Shown: piece after piece, positions 35,618 through 38,272 of the stretch
Layout: every line of letters begins with the position of its first letter
Position numbering within the stretch: position 1 is the first letter of the stretch
Source of the DNA: Thermoplasmatota archaeon
GTDB taxonomy: Archaea > Thermoplasmatota > E2 > UBA202 > DSCA01
Assembly: GCA_049975285.1 (NCBI GenBank)
Contig: JBNGDQ010000001.1
Location: 1 to 38,272, forward strand
Reading direction: 5' to 3'
Length of the DNA stretch: 38,272 bases
The notes under the pieces: model-generated
What the model saw: only the letters and a program-made list of their open reading frames with translations
What the model was told of the DNA's origin: nothing
The model's database searches: none
Translations under genes and position numbers: made by a program

Positions 35618-35862
35618 TGAATCAATATAGAGGTTTAAAAAGATGAGTGATTCAAGTAGTATAGATGCCAATATGATGTAAAGCGGAAAAAAGATATGAA
35701 CAGCCGAAAAAAAATGCGAAGAGGCAATCCTGCAGCAAACCTTGAGAAGTTATAGAACTGCTGACAGGCGCTTAGAACTCTGTGTAAAGGGACAGAATGA
35801 ACGCTTGGACTATCTTGCCTGAATGGCAATACTATGGCATAATACAATATCGAAAGGATTAG

Positions 35863-35967
35863 GAAAAACAAGAGGGCATCGACATCTATCATCACATTGG
35901 TCACGAAAAACTCAGTAACAAATACGTGGCCTGCATACCCCGCTTGGGCTCGAATAACATACGCTGA
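35863..35967 (+). pseudogene. Relic of the 3' end of a second, diverged tyrosine-integrase gene
   Basis: The frame opens after TAG 35860-35862 and reads EKQEGIDIYHHIGHEKLSNKYVACIPRLGSNNIR*. This aligns with the C-terminus of the intact integrase (EAMDIYHHIDREELKKSYLVHIPQLGVE*), including the catalytic Tyr context. No upstream integrase sequence remains. Confidence 0.65.
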
Positions 35968-36130
35968 TATATCTCTGCTGACACCAATGTTGGCAACCAG
36001 TCAGTGCAAAGAAGAAGGGAACACAATGTGGAGAACCAGGGGGGGGGGTAAATCCTTAATATTGGATCGCATTATAGAGCCATAGGAGCGGATACATGAT
36101 TTTGATGGGATATCGGAACCGGAGGACATC

Positions 36131-36346
36131 ATGCACTCTATACATCTACCCATCTGGCATGAAGCCGTTGGCCACTTGGTGGAGGTCTCCCTGCAACACG
36201 GATACATCCATGCGACGCTCGCCAAAGTTGGCACCATCATTATGCCCTTCAACGAGGACCATTATCAGCGACTCCAGACGTTGACAGGGAAACGGATCGC
36301 TATCCTACGAATAGATACCGGCTATGTAGTAGCAGAAGCAGTCTGA
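36131..36346 (+). CDS. Hypothetical small protein (71 aa) on the island
   Basis: GGAGG (36121-36125) lies 5 nt upstream of ATG 36131. No family was recognised. Confidence 0.35.
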   Translation: MHSIHLPIWHEAVGHLVEVSLQHGYIHATLAKVGTIIMPFNEDHYQRLQTLTGKRIAILRIDTGYVVAEAV

Positions 36347-36738
36347 CACCCCCTAAGGGTCACAAAACCTCGCCCGAAACACCACGACGGGGGCAGCACT
36401 ACGATAGAGCAAGGATGGCTGCATATTGATTTAGACGTAAGACTATCACGGGGTGGAGAGGGGGCATGTGGAGGAAAACTCCAATAACTCCTGCCTATAG
36501 ATGGCAGAAGCACCAACATTTCTGCCCCCCTGACCAATTATAATATTGCAAAGGATATTTAATATTTTTTTTATCAGTGATGTATTTTTGTATGCTGTAT
36601 TTGGTAATCCTGTAAAAAGCCCTTGAAACCAACTACGAATTGTGTTTGATAGCATTTTTAGATATAATGGTTTTAAATGGGTATAACATTGATATAATGC
36701 TGGTGGAGAGCTACCCCAAAAATAAATGGAGAGATAAA

Positions 36739-38262
36739 ATGAAAGGAAAAATAATAGCGGCTGGTATTGTCGGCTTGATGATGCTCGCCGGGATAACAAT
36801 AACGGCTGATGCGCATACCGAGGACCATCCGTATACAATTGACCTCATAGCGGGTCAAGATATAGATGTGGGAGATGTTACAGTCTGGAACGACGGCGAT
36901 ACTATCTATGTGACCTTTACGACCGAAGACGGGTGGTATATGACTGAGACACATCTACACCTTGCAATGTCTTCAGATGCGTTTCCAGTGAATAAGAAGG
37001 GTAACCCCCAGGTTGGACATTTCTATCGTGGTGAAGATGACCTGTACACCCAAACATGGTCGGATACACTCCCATATGGCGGTTCTCTTGGGAATACTGT
37101 ATACATTGCTGCTCATGCGGCTGTAGAAAAAATATGTGAAGAAGAGGTAGTCGTCAATGGAGGCTTCGAAACACCTGACATAGAGGGTTCCTGGGCTATC
37201 GTCTCGGACGACGACATTGCACCCTGGTATACCACTCCAAATGTGGACCCTGAGGGTGATCCTGAGGGATTAGAGATACAACAGATTGAAGAGGATGCAG
37301 AAGGCGATGATGGAGACCAATATGCAGAACTTGATGCCTACTATCCATTGACACTTAGCCAGCCGATACCTGCATGTGAATCCGGAAGATATATCCTCTC
37401 CTACTCATATGCACCCAGACCAGATGTTGAAAACAATAATATGTCTGTAACGTTTGGCGATTACTATGCGGAGCATGATGCAACAGGTGTCGATGTCGAT
37501 TTTGCGTGGACTTCAGTGTATGAAGAAGTAACGGGACCTGACGATGGCGATGTCACTCTCAGCTTTTCGGAGATAGGACCAAATGACCAAGTGGGCATGT
37601 TTCTTGATGCGGTAAGCGTCCATTGTATCCTTGAAGAGAGTGCCTGGGCAGGTGGAGATGGAGAAGATGGAATACGGTTTGTCGAAAAGGGAAACTGGGC
37701 AACATACTTCATGTATACAATACAGTTCGACTTCAATACGCTTGAACTGGTATACTCGACAGACATGACCACCTGGGAACCTATCCCCGGCTGCTACAGA
37801 GAAGGCTATACCCTGGAGCTTGATGGAGTAGATGATACAAAGTATTATATCAATACTTCAACCGTGGAAACCAATGTTCCTCTTGAAGTTGACAAATATG
37901 GTTTCTATTTGAACATCTCCGAGTGGGATGAGAACATGGAAGAGAGTTTCTACAACTACTGGGAAGGTCGTGGCGTCGACGCCACCTCCAGCGGTGGTTG
38001 GGAAGAGCAGATGTGGAAAATCATCAACAACGATGACACTATGCCGAATGAGCCCATATTCTATCTAAAAGTCGATGGCACAGACTACAGAGTACTCGAT
38101 GGACTCCAACAGCTACTGACAAGTGGTACCTCTACTGACCTCCTATATGTTGATGGCGACTACCCTCTGGGCACCTATTACTTTACCGGAACCATAACAG
38201 GCACCAATAGTTGGACAACTGAGATAACCATAGAGATAGAGCTAACTGATACGCTGCCGTAG
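36739..38262 (+). CDS. Secreted acidic protein with a DUF642/galactose-binding-like jelly-roll segment; island cargo
   Basis: The preferred start is ATG 36739 (GGAGAG upstream), giving the signal peptide MKGKIIAAGIVGLMMLAGITITADA. The segment VVNGGFETPDIEGSWAIV...APWYT...LEIQ...GDQYAELDA resembles the DUF642/CBM-like pattern. The gene has low GC like the rest of the island. Confidence 0.7.
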   Translation: MKGKIIAAGIVGLMMLAGITITADAHTEDHPYTIDLIAGQDIDVGDVTVWNDGDTIYVTFTTEDGWYMTETHLHLAMSSDAFPVNKKGNPQVGHFYRGEDDLYTQTWSDTLPYGGSLGNTVYIAAHAAVEKICEEEVVVNGGFETPDIEGSWAIVSDDDIAPWYTTPNVDPEGDPEGLEIQQIEEDAEGDDGDQYAELDAYYPLTLSQPIPACESGRYILSYSYAPRPDVENNNMSVTFGDYYAEHDATGVDVDFAWTSVYEEVTGPDDGDVTLSFSEIGPNDQVGMFLDAVSVHCILEESAWAGGDGEDGIRFVEKGNWATYFMYTIQFDFNTLELVYSTDMTTWEPIPGCYREGYTLELDGVDDTKYYINTSTVETNVPLEVDKYGFYLNISEWDENMEESFYNYWEGRGVDATSSGGWEEQMWKIINNDDTMPNEPIFYLKVDGTDYRVLDGLQQLLTSGTSTDLLYVDGDYPLGTYYFTGTITGTNSWTTEITIEIELTDTLP

Positions 38263-38272
38263 GACCTGAAAA

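Larger units (their letters stand above)
34106..38272. mobile_element. Integrated low-GC element (provirus, integrated plasmid or genomic island) inserted next to the 3' end of tRNA-Leu(CAA); right end not in window
   Basis: Composition shifts abruptly at the tRNA. Hand counts of 60-nt lines give 38/60 G+C at 33901-33960 against 26/60 at 34141-34200. A tyrosine integrase lies 0.6 kb from the tRNA. The region also holds an RHH regulator, an integrase relic and orphan ORFs. Confidence 0.8.

Noticed and set aside
35635-35904. 89-aa minus-strand ORF between the integrase and its relic
   Set aside because: The product is a low-complexity Phe/Leu/Ser-rich translation of A/T-rich DNA. It overlaps the integrase relic in antisense and has no SD or TATA in a sensible position.
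36001-36838. Minus-strand ORFs 36001..36252, 36322..36537 and 36446..36838, and plus-strand ORFs 35897..36085 and 36096..36284
   Set aside because: They overlap each other or better-supported features. They have no start signals and no recognisable sequence features, and 35897..36085 reads through the G10 tract.
37376-37388. GAATCCGG match to the T-arm of tRNA-Leu, considered as a possible attR
   Set aside because: Only 8 nt match, and the site lies inside a CDS, so this is chance-level. No longer repeat of the tRNA 3' half was seen by eye between 34106 and 38272, so attR is presumably beyond the window.
1-38272. CRISPR arrays, rRNA genes and in-frame TAG (pyrrolysine) or TGA (selenocysteine) recoding
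   Set aside because: No regularly spaced repeats or rRNA-like sequence were seen. TAG is used as an ordinary terminator for ppsA, apgM, fhs, the Tes-like gene, the rSAM-B gene, GGR and the kinase. No pair of same-frame ORFs split by a single stop was noticed.

Overview
High-GC (about 60%) archaeal chromosomal segment. Archaeal markers are an archaeal-type apgM, mevalonate kinase, GGPP synthase, geranylgeranyl reductase, tRNAs without encoded CCA, and A/T-rich TATA boxes about 25 nt upstream of many ATGs, which implies largely leaderless mRNAs. The lineage is possibly Thermoplasmatota or Methanomassiliicoccales-like, but this cannot be verified from the sequence alone. Gene order: a partial Ig-repeat surface protein that the ORF track missed; a B12-radical-SAM / TraB-like / P-loop GTPase operon; a secreted TSP3-repeat HExxH protein; ppsA; a DMT transporter; a glucosyl/mannosyl-glycerate-type compatible-solute operon (two GT-A enzymes plus a HAD phosphatase); an endonuclease V with a degenerate MGMT-like N-domain; apgM; ugd; tRNA-Arg(UCG); an isoprenoid-lipid locus (Tes-like radical SAM divergent from GGPP synthase, a 7-TM protein and an exported AttH/CrtC-like protein); a tetrahydrofolate C1 operon (formimidoyltransferase, cyclodeaminase, fhs); a second paralogous B12-radical-SAM enzyme directly upstream of geranylgeranyl reductase; a PAS-GAF-PAS histidine kinase; mevalonate kinase; and tRNA-Leu(CAA). 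Immediately after tRNA-Leu the composition drops to about 43% GC. This marks an integrated mobile element that carries an RHH/wHTH protein, a tyrosine integrase, a diverged integrase 3' relic and a secreted cargo protein, and it runs off the window. The best candidates for undescribed biology are the B12-rSAM enzymes embedded among lipid genes, the Tes/GGPPS/membrane/AttH-like locus, and the tRNA-Leu island. No CRISPR array or rRNA was seen. The many long antisense ORFs look like GC-composition artefacts.
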